DNA of 48,866 bases from Pseudomonadota bacterium (GTDB lineage Bacteria; Pseudomonadota; Gammaproteobacteria; Burkholderiales; JAJZQI01), in NCBI GenBank assembly GCA_021847305.1, contig JAJZTZ010000002.1, forward strand, positions 1 through 48,866, written 5' to 3'. Position numbers and translations under genes: made by a program. Every line of letters begins with the position of its first letter. Positions within the stretch are counted from its first letter, which is position 1. The notes below the pieces were generated by a model. The model worked only from the letters and a program-made list of their open reading frames with translations. It was not told the origin of the DNA and ran no database searches. Positions 9,473 through 18,915 of this stretch are shown here, piece after piece.

Positions 9473-11805
9473 GACTGTACCGTTTCTGTCGTATGGGCGA
9501 TGAACAGGTTTTCTACCGCTGCAAGCAGGTCGCGCTTGCGAAACGGTTTTTGCAGAATGGGTGTATCCAGAATGCCGCCGGTCCTGGCCTTGATGGCATC
9601 TTCAGAAAAGCCGGACGCGAACAGGATGGGCAGATGCGGGGCCAGTTCGAGAATTCGCTGGCGCAGTTCCATGCCGTCCAGATTGCCGGGCATGACCAGA
9701 TCGGATACCACCATGTCGAAACGCTGGCCCTGGCGAATCAGGTCCAGAGCCGCGTTTGAGTGCGTCAGTACAGTGACCTGGTAACCGGCCGATTCCAGAT
9801 GGGTGCGGGCGATTTCTGCCAGTTCGGCTTCGTCGTCGACAACCAGAATGTGACGGCCGGCGGGCGTGAAGGTGCTGCCCGGCTGAGGAGATTCAGTCGG
9901 CCCAGTGAGCGTGTTGCGCGCATCATCCGCAGCGGGCAAATAGATGTGTACAACCGTGCCGTGACCGGGCTCGCTGTAGATGCGGATATGTCCCTGCGAC
10001 TGTTTGATGAAGCCATACACCATGGCCAGCCCCAGGCCCGTGCCCTTGCCTTTGCCCTTGGTGGTAAAAAACGGCTCGAATATATGATCGATGACCTCGG
10101 CGGGAATGCCGTAGCCGGTGTCCGTCAGGCTGATGCGCACGTAGTCGCCCGGCTGGAAGTCGCTGCCCAGGTGGCGGGTATCTTCTTCGGCAAATGTCAC
10201 CGCGGCGGCGGAAATAAGGAATGAGCCGCCGTCGGGCATGGCATCGCGCGCGTTGATGGCGAGGTTGAGCAGGGCGTTTTCAAATTCAGACGGGTCGATG
10301 TTGACCGCTGGCAGGCTGTCGGCAATGGACAGGCTGATGTGGTAATCGCCTTTCATAACCCGTTCGATGAGCGGCAGGGTCTCTTCGATTTCCGTGTTCA
10401 TGTTGATGAGGCGCGGCGAAAGCGTCTGCTTGCGGGCAAACGCCAGCAGGCGTTTGGTCAGATCGGCGCCGAGGAGGGCGGCCTTGAGCGATGAGGTGAT
10501 TTTTTTGCGCGCGCTGTCGTTGCCCTGCAGCTCCAGTTCCAGCAGGTCGAGATTGCCGATGATGATACCGAGCATGTTGTTGAAGTCATGTGCCAGGCCG
10601 CCGGTGAGTTGGCCGATGGCTTCCATTTTCTGGCTTTGGCGGAATTGGTGTTCCAGACTGCGCTGCTCAGTGACGTCACGTACCACGGTGAGGCCGTATT
10701 GCTGGCCCGGCAGGGTCATGCTGTTGTAGAGGATTTCGGCGGGGAATTCGCCGCCGTCCTGACGGTAGCCGGTGACGTTTTCGCGCTGTTCGCGGCTGGT
10801 TGGCCGCTGTTGCCGGGCCGGATGGCTGGACATCAGCTGGTCAAGAGAGAGGCCTTGCAGCGGTCTGCCGAAGATTTTTTCCGCCATGGGGTTGGCCAGG
10901 GTGATGGTGCCGTCCGGCTTGCTCAGCAGAATGCCGTCCGGGGTGGTGTCGAGAATGTTGCGGAACAGGGCTTCGCTATGGCGTAGCGCGTCTTCCATGA
11001 TTTTGCGGGCGCTGATGTCGCGGGCAATGGTGGACAGGTATTGCAGTTCGCCATGCGGATCTTTGTGGGCGATGATTACCTGCGAAACGGGGAGGGTGCT
11101 GCCGTCGGTCCGCACAAAAGTGGTTTCGCCTTGCCAGGTGCCGTTGTGAATGGCGTCGGGAATGCCGTGACGGGTAATGTCGGCAGCCGCATCGGGCGGA
11201 TAAATGTCGGCCAGTTTCAGGTCGTGAAGCGGTTGGTCTGGGCTTAGCCCGAGCATCAGCCGGGCACCGGGGTTGCAGTAGAGTATGCGGCCGCTCGGCG
11301 TGGAGGTGGCAATAAAATCAGGCGTGGCCTCCATGATCGCCATCAGGCGATTTTCCGTGTCGCGCGAGGTCTGCAGCGCCTGCCTTTCGTGCACTTCGGC
11401 GATGGCCCGGTTGACGCAGGAAGCGAGGCGCTGCAGGCGCTGCTTCAGGACGTAATCAGTCGCGCCGTTTTTCAGGCAGCCGACAGCTTCTTCTTCGTCC
11501 AGTGTGCCGGAGATGATAATGACCGGCGTGGTCGGTTTGATGCTGCGTGCCAGACGCAAGGCAGTCAGACCGTCCAGCCCGGGCACATTGTAGTCGCACA
11601 GAATCAGGTCGAACGGCTGCTGTAGCAGCGCCTGACGGAAAGTGTCCTGATCAACGACCAAAGTGATGTCGCAGGCCACCCCGTTGCCGGCCAGCTTTTT
11701 GCCGATCAGTTCCGCATCCAGCCGATCGTCCTCCAGATGCAGGATGCGTATACGGGCGCTGGCGGCGCCCGTTTCAGTTGTGAGCGGTACCGGGTGGCGG
11801 CTCAT
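9469..11805 (-). CDS. Hybrid sensor histidine kinase REC-PAS-PAS-HisKA-HATPase-REC, about 778 aa
   Basis: N-terminal REC (IRILHLEDD...LILCDYNVPGLDG). Two PAS-like blocks follow. H-box LAHDFNNML; N/G boxes NLAINARDAM, DTGYGIP, GKGTGLGLAMV. C-terminal REC (ILVVDDE...MVVSDLVMPG...QKPF). Start uncertain: the ATG at 11805 (MSRHPVPL) is chosen, which still overlaps the upstream gene by 32 nt; the track ORF begins at 11847. Confidence 0.9.
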   Translation of the reverse strand: MSRHPVPLTTETGAASARIRILHLEDDRLDAELIGKKLAGNGVACDITLVVDQDTFRQALLQQPFDLILCDYNVPGLDGLTALRLARSIKPTTPVIIISGTLDEEEAVGCLKNGATDYVLKQRLQRLASCVNRAIAEVHERQALQTSRDTENRLMAIMEATPDFIATSTPSGRILYCNPGARLMLGLSPDQPLHDLKLADIYPPDAAADITRHGIPDAIHNGTWQGETTFVRTDGSTLPVSQVIIAHKDPHGELQYLSTIARDISARKIMEDALRHSEALFRNILDTTPDGILLSKPDGTITLANPMAEKIFGRPLQGLSLDQLMSSHPARQQRPTSREQRENVTGYRQDGGEFPAEILYNSMTLPGQQYGLTVVRDVTEQRSLEHQFRQSQKMEAIGQLTGGLAHDFNNMLGIIIGNLDLLELELQGNDSARKKITSSLKAALLGADLTKRLLAFARKQTLSPRLINMNTEIEETLPLIERVMKGDYHISLSIADSLPAVNIDPSEFENALLNLAINARDAMPDGGSFLISAAAVTFAEEDTRHLGSDFQPGDYVRISLTDTGYGIPAEVIDHIFEPFFTTKGKGKGTGLGLAMVYGFIKQSQGHIRIYSEPGHGTVVHIYLPAADDARNTLTGPTESPQPGSTFTPAGRHILVVDDEAELAEIARTHLESAGYQVTVLTHSNAALDLIRQGQRFDMVVSDLVMPGNLDGMELRQRILELAPHLPILFASGFSEDAIKARTGGILDTPILQKPFRKRDLLAAVENLFIAHTTETVQS

Positions 11806-12223
11806 TGATGACTCCCCAGAAGGCCCCGATCTGCTTGATGGCCTCAAGAAACTCGGAAAAACTCAGCGGCTTGACCACATAGGCATTTACGCCCAGTTCG
11901 TAGCTGCGGATCAGGTCCTGCTCTTCCCGCGAGGATGTCATTACCACCACGGGAATGGAACGCAGATGCGGGTCGGATTTAACCTGGCGCAGCACTTCCA
12001 GACCGTCGACGCGGGGCATTTTCAGATCAAGCAGCATTACCGCCGGGTTGCCGGGCGGACGGCTGGCATATTTGCCGCGCATATACAGATAGTCCAGCGC
12101 ATCTTCGCCATCTTCGGCAGTGACCACGTCGTTTGCCAGATTGTTTTTTTTCAGTGCTGTCAGTGCCAGTTCGGTATCGCGCGGGTTATCGTCAACATAA
12201 AAAATCCGCCGCAGTTCAATCAT
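11774..12223 (-). CDS. Single-domain CheY-like response regulator (Rcp1-like), 149 aa
   Basis: REC motifs: IFYVDDNPRD, MLLDLKMPRVDG, VVVMTSS, AYVVKP. No output domain. ATGA overlap with the upstream kinase stop (12220-12223). Confidence 0.92.
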   Translation of the reverse strand: MIELRRIFYVDDNPRDTELALTALKKNNLANDVVTAEDGEDALDYLYMRGKYASRPPGNPAVMLLDLKMPRVDGLEVLRQVKSDPHLRSIPVVVMTSSREEQDLIRSYELGVNAYVVKPLSFSEFLEAIKQIGAFWGVINEPPPGTAHN

Positions 12224-14349
12224 GAGTTTGTCTCCTGTGTACAGGTGGATTGCTCTTCACCGAACGGCAGGGTGAAGTAGAAAGTGGCGCCCTGGTCGAC
12301 CGCGCCTTCTGCCCACACAGTGCCGCCGTGTTTAGTGATGATGCGCCTTACGTTGGCCAGGCCGATGCCGGTGCCCTCGAATTCGCTATGACGATGCAGG
12401 CGCTGGAACACGCCGAACAGCTTGTCGATGTATTTCATGTCGAAGCCGGCGCCATTGTCCTTGACGTAGTACGCCTGTTCGCCTGCGGGGGTGGGACGGA
12501 AACCGATTTCGATCCGCGCCGGATCGCGCTGGCGGGTGTACTTGATGGCGTTGCCAACCAGATTGAGCATGGCGAGCTTGAGCAGTGCCGGATCGCCGCA
12601 TACGGCCGGCAGTGTGCCGATGTTCCATTCGATGGAGCGATTGCGGAAATCCTGCCGCAGGCTATCTATTGTTGTTTGCACCAGTGCTTCCAGGTCGACG
12701 GGCTGCATTTGCATTTCGGCCCGGCTGATGCGCGAGAAGGCCAGCAGGTCGTCGATCAGCGTGTTCATTTCCCGGCTGGAAGATGTGACGATGTCAAGGT
12801 AGCGTTTACCTTCGTCGGTCAACTGGTTGGCCGGATCTTCATTGAGCAGTTCAAGGTAGCCCTGAATGTGGCGCAGTGGCGCACGCAGGTCGTGCGAGAC
12901 CGAGTAGGTGAAGGCTTCCAGCTCCTTGTTGGTGTCATTCAGTTCGGCGGTGCGGTTCTGTACCCGTTGCTCCAGCTCGGCATTGAGGTTACGGATTTCC
13001 GTCTCGATTTGCTTGCGCTGGGTGATGTCGATGACTGTAGCTACCACCGCCGGTCCGCTAGAGGTGACAAGAGGAGCCAGGGCGATTTCTACCGGGAAGG
13101 TGCTGCCGTCCCGGCGCAGTGCCAGCAAATCGCGCCCCTTGCCCATCTGACGCGAGGATGGCGCCTGGGCAAAGTGTTGCCGATATTTGGCATGCTGGGC
13201 GCGCATTTCTGCAGGCAGCAGCATGTCCACCGAAAGGCCGTTCATTTCTTCCGGCGCATAGCCGAATTGCTGACAGGCCTGCGGATTGGTCATTTGGATG
13301 CGTCCGTCCATATCGGCGACGACAATGCCGTAAGGAGCGACTTCGACCAGGTCGCGAAAGCGACTCTCACTCTCGGTCAGCTCTGCGGTACGCAGCTCGA
13401 TGCGATGTTCCAGATCGTCATTCAGTTCGCGCAGGGCACTTTCCGCCTTGCGCCGTTTCAGATCCAGAGCGTAGCCGGCCTTGGCAGTGGTGAGTGCGGC
13501 TATGGCAAACAGCAGCGAGGTGACCAGCACTTCGATAAAAATGCCGGTTTGCCGGTCGATCATGTGGTTTGACCGCAGCCACAGTTGTGTGGCGCCGAGC
13601 AAGAATGGCACGCTCAGGCCGATGGGCAGCATCCATCTGAGTGCCAGCGAGGCAAAGCCGGGCTCGCCCAGAATACGCATGAGGCCCAAATCAGGACGAC
13701 TGCAAAATAAGGAAATGGTCAGCAGACAGGCAGTGATGGAACCATGTACCGAGGTGAATAGAGTGAACTGGTCGTCAACGTCAAATACATGGCCGGCAAA
13801 GGAAATGAGTCCAATAGCCGCAGGAAACAGGCTGATCCACTGACCTACCTCGACTATGTTCTGTTGCGGCTGGCTGATCAGCAGGGCGGACAGACTGAGG
13901 CTCAGAATCAGCACGGCGACAACCGGATACATGTGCGCGGCGGCAGGCAGCTCTTTGTGTGGCAGACCGGGGAACAGCAGATCGTCGAGCAGGACCGGGC
14001 TGGAGAATAGATACAACAGCAGTTGCAGCGTGCTAATGACAACGATGCTCCACAGCAGCGTACGCTTGAAAGAGTGGGGTTTGCCCAGCAATACCAGAGC
14101 GATGGCGAGGTAGCAGAGTGCACTGAGCGGGTGGGTGGCCAGGCCGGTTGAGCGGCCGCGGATCAGTAGATCGGAATCCACCAGCCAGCCGAGTAACACG
14201 ATGAGCGCTCCGATGACGGCCAGTGTGCTGGTCAACGTCCTGACTCGCAGACAGCCTTTTGCCCAGCCCGCAAGCGGCGCGGTGGATTGGGCCGCAGTGC
14301 GGGGCAAATCCAGCGGGGAAGTCAGGGTATCGGTAAGCGGTGCGGGCAA
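12220..14349 (-). CDS. Membrane sensor histidine kinase (multi-TM N-terminal domain, PAS, HisKA, HATPase), 709 aa
   Basis: About 280 N-terminal residues form several hydrophobic helices. A coiled-coil linker and a PAS domain (FRDLVEVAPYGIVVADMDGRI...) follow. H-box SHDLRAPLRHI; NLVGNAIKYT, DNGAGFD, GTGIGLANV. The exact start was not verified. Confidence 0.9.
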   Translation of the reverse strand: MPAPLTDTLTSPLDLPRTAAQSTAPLAGWAKGCLRVRTLTSTLAVIGALIVLLGWLVDSDLLIRGRSTGLATHPLSALCYLAIALVLLGKPHSFKRTLLWSIVVISTLQLLLYLFSSPVLLDDLLFPGLPHKELPAAAHMYPVVAVLILSLSLSALLISQPQQNIVEVGQWISLFPAAIGLISFAGHVFDVDDQFTLFTSVHGSITACLLTISLFCSRPDLGLMRILGEPGFASLALRWMLPIGLSVPFLLGATQLWLRSNHMIDRQTGIFIEVLVTSLLFAIAALTTAKAGYALDLKRRKAESALRELNDDLEHRIELRTAELTESESRFRDLVEVAPYGIVVADMDGRIQMTNPQACQQFGYAPEEMNGLSVDMLLPAEMRAQHAKYRQHFAQAPSSRQMGKGRDLLALRRDGSTFPVEIALAPLVTSSGPAVVATVIDITQRKQIETEIRNLNAELEQRVQNRTAELNDTNKELEAFTYSVSHDLRAPLRHIQGYLELLNEDPANQLTDEGKRYLDIVTSSSREMNTLIDDLLAFSRISRAEMQMQPVDLEALVQTTIDSLRQDFRNRSIEWNIGTLPAVCGDPALLKLAMLNLVGNAIKYTRQRDPARIEIGFRPTPAGEQAYYVKDNGAGFDMKYIDKLFGVFQRLHRHSEFEGTGIGLANVRRIITKHGGTVWAEGAVDQGATFYFTLPFGEEQSTCTQETNS

Positions 14350-14610
14350 TTCAGTCCCTCGGTTTACATTGTGTTTGATGCTAAGGGTTCGGGTGCGGAA
14401 AAAGGCCTGGGTTCAAGTCGATTGCACTTTATTCTAGCGTATCGACTGTATCTTTCCAGATAAAATTTTTTGCATAAGTGATGAAGTATTCGACGGCAAA
14501 GATGGTTATAAATTCCACTTTTGTGCTGAGTCGAGAGCGTCTGCCTGGATTTGCCCTGCTGCAGTACAATAGAAACCGTACCGGTTACGGGGGTGAAGAG
14601 AAATCGTTTT

Positions 14611-15030
14611 ATGCGGCAAATGCACAAGGAATTACTGATTGAAACGCGCGGCAAGGGCCTCTATGCCCTGACCGGCTATCTGCATGAATGGCTGCGCGGC
14701 AGTGGCATCCGTGAGGGTATGCTGACGCTGTTTGTACGTCATACTTCAGCCAGCCTGCTGATTCAGGAAAACGCCGACACCGACGTGCAGGTGGATCTGG
14801 AAAATTTTCTCTCGCGCCTGGTGCCGGAAGGGGACCCGCTGTATCAGCATGTGATGGAAGGCCCGGACGACATGCCAGCACACATACGCGCCGCGCTGAC
14901 GCAGACCAGCCTGTCGATTCCGCTGATAGCCGGAGGCTTGGCGCTGGGTACCTGGCAGGCAATTTATCTTTGGGAACACCGCAAGGCGCCGCAACGCAGG
15001 CGAGTGGTGGCCCACCTGCTGGGTGAATGA
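14611..15030 (+). CDS. yjbQ: YjbQ/UPF0047 family protein (secondary thiamine-phosphate synthase type), 139 aa
   Basis: Family-typical text: LFVRHTSASLLIQENADTDVQVDLENFLSRLVPE...GPDDMPAHIRAALT..SLSIPL..G.LALGTWQAIYLWEHR. Start moved to the ATG at 14611 (MRQMHKE), which gives the usual family length. Confidence 0.85.
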   Translation: MRQMHKELLIETRGKGLYALTGYLHEWLRGSGIREGMLTLFVRHTSASLLIQENADTDVQVDLENFLSRLVPEGDPLYQHVMEGPDDMPAHIRAALTQTSLSIPLIAGGLALGTWQAIYLWEHRKAPQRRRVVAHLLGE

Positions 15031-15144
15031 GAAAAGCGCCTGTGTACAGGTGCTGGCGTTATATAATGGCGCAAAATAAACGGAACGGATCTGCCTGTTG
15101 CAGGTCTGTATAACCTTCTGCCTACCCTGACTGAAGCCCAAAGC

Positions 15145-16389
15145 GTGCGCCCATTCGAACTCTTTATCGGTCTGCGTTATACCCGCGCCAAGCGGCGTAA
15201 CCATTTCATCTCTTTCATATCACTGATTTCCATGCTGGGCGTGACGCTGGGCGTGATGGCGCTGATTGTTGTTCTGTCGGTCATGAACGGTTTTCAGGAT
15301 GAGCTGCGCAACCGTATTCTGGCGGTTGCCTCGCATGCCACCATCAGCGGGCCGGATAACTTGCTGTATGACTGGCAGGGACTGGATCGGAAAGTGCTGC
15401 GTGATCCCGATGTGGTAGGCGCCGCGCCTTATGTGATGCAGCAGGGCATGCTGTCGTACGGCCAGTCGGTCCAGGGCGCGCTGATACGCGGCGTGGATCC
15501 GCAGATGGAAAACCAGGTGGCGGATTTTTCCTCGAAAATGAAGGTTGGCCGCTTTGATAGTTTGCAGCCCGGTCACTACGGCATTGTGCTGGGCATTGAG
15601 CTGGCGCGTAATCTGGGCGTGGGCGTGGGCGACAAGGTGGTGCTGATCGCGCCGCAGGGGCAGGTGACCCTGGCCGGTGTGGTGCCGCGCCTGAAAACAT
15701 TTACCGTGACCGGGGTGTTTGAGGCCGGTATGTACGAATTCGACAGCGGCCTGGCGCTGATCAACATCCGTGATGCCCAGGTGCTCTATCGCATGGGCAG
15801 TGCGGTATCAGGCCTGCGCCTGAAGGTGAAGGACATGTTCGACGCGCCGCGCGTGGTGCAGGAACTGGCCGTGGGCCTCCCGGCCGACATGTATTTTTCC
15901 GACTGGACCAAGGAGCACGCCAACTTCTTCCGTGCGGTGCAGATCGAGAAGCGCATGATGTTTATCATCCTGCTGCTGATTGTCGCCGTGGCTTCGTTCA
16001 ACATCGTTTCCACGCTGGTGATGGCGGTGACGGACAAGGAGGCGGATATTGCCATTCTGCGCACCCTGGGTGCCGCGCCGCGCAGCATTATGGCGATCTT
16101 CATGATCCAGGGGGCGGTGATCGGCGTGATCGGCACCTTGCTGGGGCTGTTGTCCGGCGTGCTGATCGCCTTGAATATCGAAACCATTGTGCCGGCCATT
16201 GAGCGCCTGTTCCATACGCAGTTCCTCGCCAAGGACGTTTACTACATCAGTGAATTGCCGTCCAAGCTGGAATGGAGCGATGTGGGCGTGATCGGCATCG
16301 TTTCCCTGCTGCTGTCGCTGCTGGCGACGCTTTACCCAAGCTGGCGCGCATCGCGCACCCACCCGGCGGAGGCCTTGCGCTATGAGTGA
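15145..16389 (+). CDS. lolC: Lipoprotein-releasing ABC transporter permease, LolC/LolE family, 414 aa
   Basis: GTG start. Typical N-terminus [30 protein letters not shown], a large periplasmic loop, and a C-terminal FtsX-type TM bundle ending [16 protein letters not shown]. Overlaps lolD by 8 nt. Confidence 0.9.
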   Translation: MRPFELFIGLRYTRAKRRNHFISFISLISMLGVTLGVMALIVVLSVMNGFQDELRNRILAVASHATISGPDNLLYDWQGLDRKVLRDPDVVGAAPYVMQQGMLSYGQSVQGALIRGVDPQMENQVADFSSKMKVGRFDSLQPGHYGIVLGIELARNLGVGVGDKVVLIAPQGQVTLAGVVPRLKTFTVTGVFEAGMYEFDSGLALINIRDAQVLYRMGSAVSGLRLKVKDMFDAPRVVQELAVGLPADMYFSDWTKEHANFFRAVQIEKRMMFIILLLIVAVASFNIVSTLVMAVTDKEADIAILRTLGAAPRSIMAIFMIQGAVIGVIGTLLGLLSGVLIALNIETIVPAIERLFHTQFLAKDVYYISELPSKLEWSDVGVIGIVSLLLSLLATLYPSWRASRTHPAEALRYE

Positions 16390-17065
16390 TGCAGTTATTG
16401 TTTGCACCGGCCTGACCAAAATTTATGGCCGCGGCGAGCAGGCCGTGCCGGTTTTGCAGGGCATCGATTTCGAACTGCGCGCGGGCGAGCGCGTGGCCAT
16501 TGTCGGCAGCTCCGGGTCCGGCAAGAGTACTTTGCTGCATGTGCTGGGCGGGCTGGATAGCCCGACTGCCGGTACGGTCCGGGTCAAGGGACAGGACTGG
16601 GCGACCCTGGACGAAACAGCCAAGGGCCTGCTGCGCAACAAGACGCTGGGTTTCGTGTACCAGTTTCACCATCTGTTGCCGGAATTCAGCGCACTGGAAA
16701 ACGTCGCCATGCCGCTCCTGATTCGTCGCGAAGCACGTGCAACGGCTTACCAGCAAGCCACTGAGGCGCTGCAAGCGGTGGGGCTGGGGCACCGGCTGAC
16801 GCACAAACCGGGCGAGCTGTCAGGTGGCGAACGTCAGCGCACCGCCATAGCCCGCGCTCTGGTCACCCGTCCGTCAGCCGTGCTGATGGACGAGCCGACC
16901 GGTAATCTGGACGAAAACACGGCTGCATCGATCCAGCAATTACTGCTGCAGTTGAACGAGCAGAGCGGCGTCAGCTTCCTGATTGTTACCCACGACACGC
17001 GCTTTGCGGCCAAAATGCAGCGCGTGCTGACTCTGCACGAAGGGCGCTTGTCCGGCAACGGATAG
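16382..17065 (+). CDS. lolD: Lipoprotein-releasing system ATP-binding protein LolD
   Basis: Walker [10 protein letters not shown], signature LSGGERQR, Walker [12 protein letters not shown]. Immediately follows the Lol permease gene. Confidence 0.92.
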   Translation: MSDAVIVCTGLTKIYGRGEQAVPVLQGIDFELRAGERVAIVGSSGSGKSTLLHVLGGLDSPTAGTVRVKGQDWATLDETAKGLLRNKTLGFVYQFHHLLPEFSALENVAMPLLIRREARATAYQQATEALQAVGLGHRLTHKPGELSGGERQRTAIARALVTRPSAVLMDEPTGNLDENTAASIQQLLLQLNEQSGVSFLIVTHDTRFAAKMQRVLTLHEGRLSGNG

Positions 17066-17070
17066 CGCTG

Positions 17071-18267
17071 CTAATCGAGCAGCGCTTGCCAGAGCGCAGC
17101 TCCTCGCAGATAGGCGTCTTCCCATGCGCGCGCGGCAACCGGCAAACGCGCGTCATTCTGCATTGCCATGGCTTGCTGCAGTGCGCCCCCCAGTTCTTCA
17201 ACCCCGATACAGTGGGGCATTCCGTCTATTTCCCAGGTTTCCGCGTAGGCAGATTGTTTGGTGGTTTTATCCATCAGGGTCGGGTGTCGCAGGTTTACGC
17301 GCGGCAGGCCGTAGGCCATGGCCACGATACGGCCGTGCAGGCTGCTGCCGCAATAAAGCCGGCTAGAGGCAAGCAGCGCACAGATGTTCCAGATATTGAG
17401 ATTCTCATAGATAAGCGCCATGCCGGGCGGCAGACGGGTTAGCAGGCGCCGGTAAGGCTCCAGGTCGTCATGCCAGGGGGCGGCCCCGGCGCGGAACAGG
17501 ACAATGCCAAGTTTTTCGCTGACAGCAAACTGCTGCAGCTGCCGGGCCAACTGGTCAAGCGTGGCGTCATCAGCAAAGTCGGCGCTGAACTGTACGGCCA
17601 GATAGCCATTGGGCCAGTTGGCGCGGATCGTCGCCAGGCATGCGTCCTGCGCGACAGCCGCAATCCGGTACTGAAACAGGTGGCGTACAAGTACGGCCGA
17701 GTCGGGCAGCAAATGGGCAGCGATACCTGCTGCATGCACGGCGGCGAGCGTGACGCGATCGCGCACACCGAGGAAATCGGCGGCGCGCAGAGTCTGCAGT
17801 GTGGTGTCGGCTACATCGTGCTTTGCCAGTTCGATTCCGCCCACGGCATTGAATATCCAGCGCCCCGGTTGCCTGAAAACTGAAGGTGGTACCGCGTAGG
17901 GGGCGGCACGCTGGCTGCCGGTTTGCGTTGCCGCCCATTGCTCGCGTGCGCCCGGGTCAGGTTCGTAGCGGGCGATGGCATGGGCGGCGTCGGTTTCGTT
18001 TTGCAGCATCACGGCCGCATCCCAGTTGCTGCAGGTCAGCAGCTCGCCACCGGCGTGAATGAAGTGCACACGCTGCCCGGCGGTCTGGTCCATGGCTTGT
18101 GTCAGGGAAAGAGTCTGATGTCCGCCCCATTGCGACAGGTCGCGTCTCGCGAGCCCTGTGATGATGCAGGGGCGGTCGTGCAGCAGGGTTTGTACGATGT
18201 GGGGGAAAAGCAGGTCGCCCAGGTTGTGCCGGTCAAACGCGCCGAAAACGATGACGGGCGTAGCCAT
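17071..18267 (-). CDS. Polysaccharide pyruvyl transferase family-like protein, 398 aa
   Basis: N-terminal VIVFGAFDRHNLGDLLF and C-terminal SRLYCGSSLHGRIVAMAYGLPRV resemble the two conserved blocks of the pyruvyl-transferase (CsaB/WcaK) fold. The call is motif memory only. Confidence 0.5.
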   Translation of the reverse strand: MATPVIVFGAFDRHNLGDLLFPHIVQTLLHDRPCIITGLARRDLSQWGGHQTLSLTQAMDQTAGQRVHFIHAGGELLTCSNWDAAVMLQNETDAAHAIARYEPDPGAREQWAATQTGSQRAAPYAVPPSVFRQPGRWIFNAVGGIELAKHDVADTTLQTLRAADFLGVRDRVTLAAVHAAGIAAHLLPDSAVLVRHLFQYRIAAVAQDACLATIRANWPNGYLAVQFSADFADDATLDQLARQLQQFAVSEKLGIVLFRAGAAPWHDDLEPYRRLLTRLPPGMALIYENLNIWNICALLASSRLYCGSSLHGRIVAMAYGLPRVNLRHPTLMDKTTKQSAYAETWEIDGMPHCIGVEELGGALQQAMAMQNDARLPVAARAWEDAYLRGAALWQALLD

Positions 18268-18273
18268 ATCGGG

Positions 18274-18819
18274 TTACTGGACGCGGTCTTGCCGCCGGCG
18301 CCAATACCACAGTACATACAGGCGCCAGCCCAGCCGCGACAGCAGGTAGCCGAGCAGGGCTGACAGGCTGGCCAGCATCAGCAGACCGAGCAGGAACGAC
18401 GGTCCGAGCGAGACAACCCAGCTTAGCAGGGCCGGCAGCAGTTTCGACCAGTCGGTATCGTGCCAGTCGAAGTCCAGGCTGGGCAGTGCGCCGACACTTT
18501 GTCCGGTGACCAGGCTGCCGAGCCAGTAAGCCAGGGCAAACAGAAAAGGGGTCGTGACAGGGTTGGTGATCCAGGTGGACGCCACGGCTACCGGCAGATT
18601 GACGCGAAAGGCGATGGCCAGCAATGCAGCGGTGAGCATCTGCAGCGGCAGTGGGTTGTAGGCGGCGAAAAGGCCGAGGGCAAGGCCGGCAGAAACCGAT
18701 TTGCGATTGAGATGCCACAGGTTCGGGTGATGCAGAAAGCGGGTGAAGCGCGCAAGGTGCGGATGGTTGCGTACCATCTCGTGGCTGGGTAAAAATTTAC
18801 GCAACAGCTTGCGCGGCAT
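18274..18819 (-). CDS. DUF2062 family membrane protein, 181 aa
   Basis: Signature opening RKFLPSHEMVRNHP.L..F...LHHPNLWHLNRKSVS.G.A.GLF....P.P.Q, followed by 3-4 TM helices. Sits 7 nt upstream of the pyruvyl-transferase-like gene. Confidence 0.8.
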   Translation of the reverse strand: MPRKLLRKFLPSHEMVRNHPHLARFTRFLHHPNLWHLNRKSVSAGLALGLFAAYNPLPLQMLTAALLAIAFRVNLPVAVASTWITNPVTTPFLFALAYWLGSLVTGQSVGALPSLDFDWHDTDWSKLLPALLSWVVSLGPSFLLGLLMLASLSALLGYLLSRLGWRLYVLWYWRRRQDRVQ

Positions 18820-18873
18820 TGTCTGTCCCTGAAAAATGTTTGCTGCAAAAACTTAAGCAGCTATGCTTTTTGC

Positions 18874-18915
18874 GCCTCACGCCTCACGCCTCACGCCTCA
18901 CGCCTCACGCCTCAC
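18874..18915. repeat. Perfect tandem heptanucleotide repeat (GCCTCAC)x6; GTGAGGC on the coding strand
   Basis: Six exact units run from 18874 to 18915, followed by a partial GCC. The first unit on the minus strand contains the gltX stop codon (TGA at 18914..18912). The array ends 55 nt upstream of the DUF2062 ATG (18819). Confidence 0.95.

Noticed and set aside
14440-14610. A possible TPP (THI-box) riboswitch upstream of yjbQ, given the family's thiamine link.
   Set aside because: Only fragmentary resemblance was found (CTGAG..., CCTGGAT). The conserved CUGAGA and the ACCUGAUCUGGAUAAUGCCAGCG-type core are absent. The small CCGTA/TACGG hairpin at about 14576-14590 is too weak to call.
15220-16804. 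Several 118-203-aa minus-strand ORFs across lolC/lolD (15220-15576, 15808-16419, 16247-16804).
   Set aside because: They are antisense to unmistakable Lol ABC transporter genes. Their Arg/His/Gln-rich low-complexity translations are typical of antisense frames.
18874-18915. The heptamer array considered as a CRISPR or REP element.
   Set aside because: The units are contiguous with no spacers and only 7 nt long, so this is a microsatellite, not a CRISPR. No second copy of a REP-like palindrome was seen elsewhere in the window.
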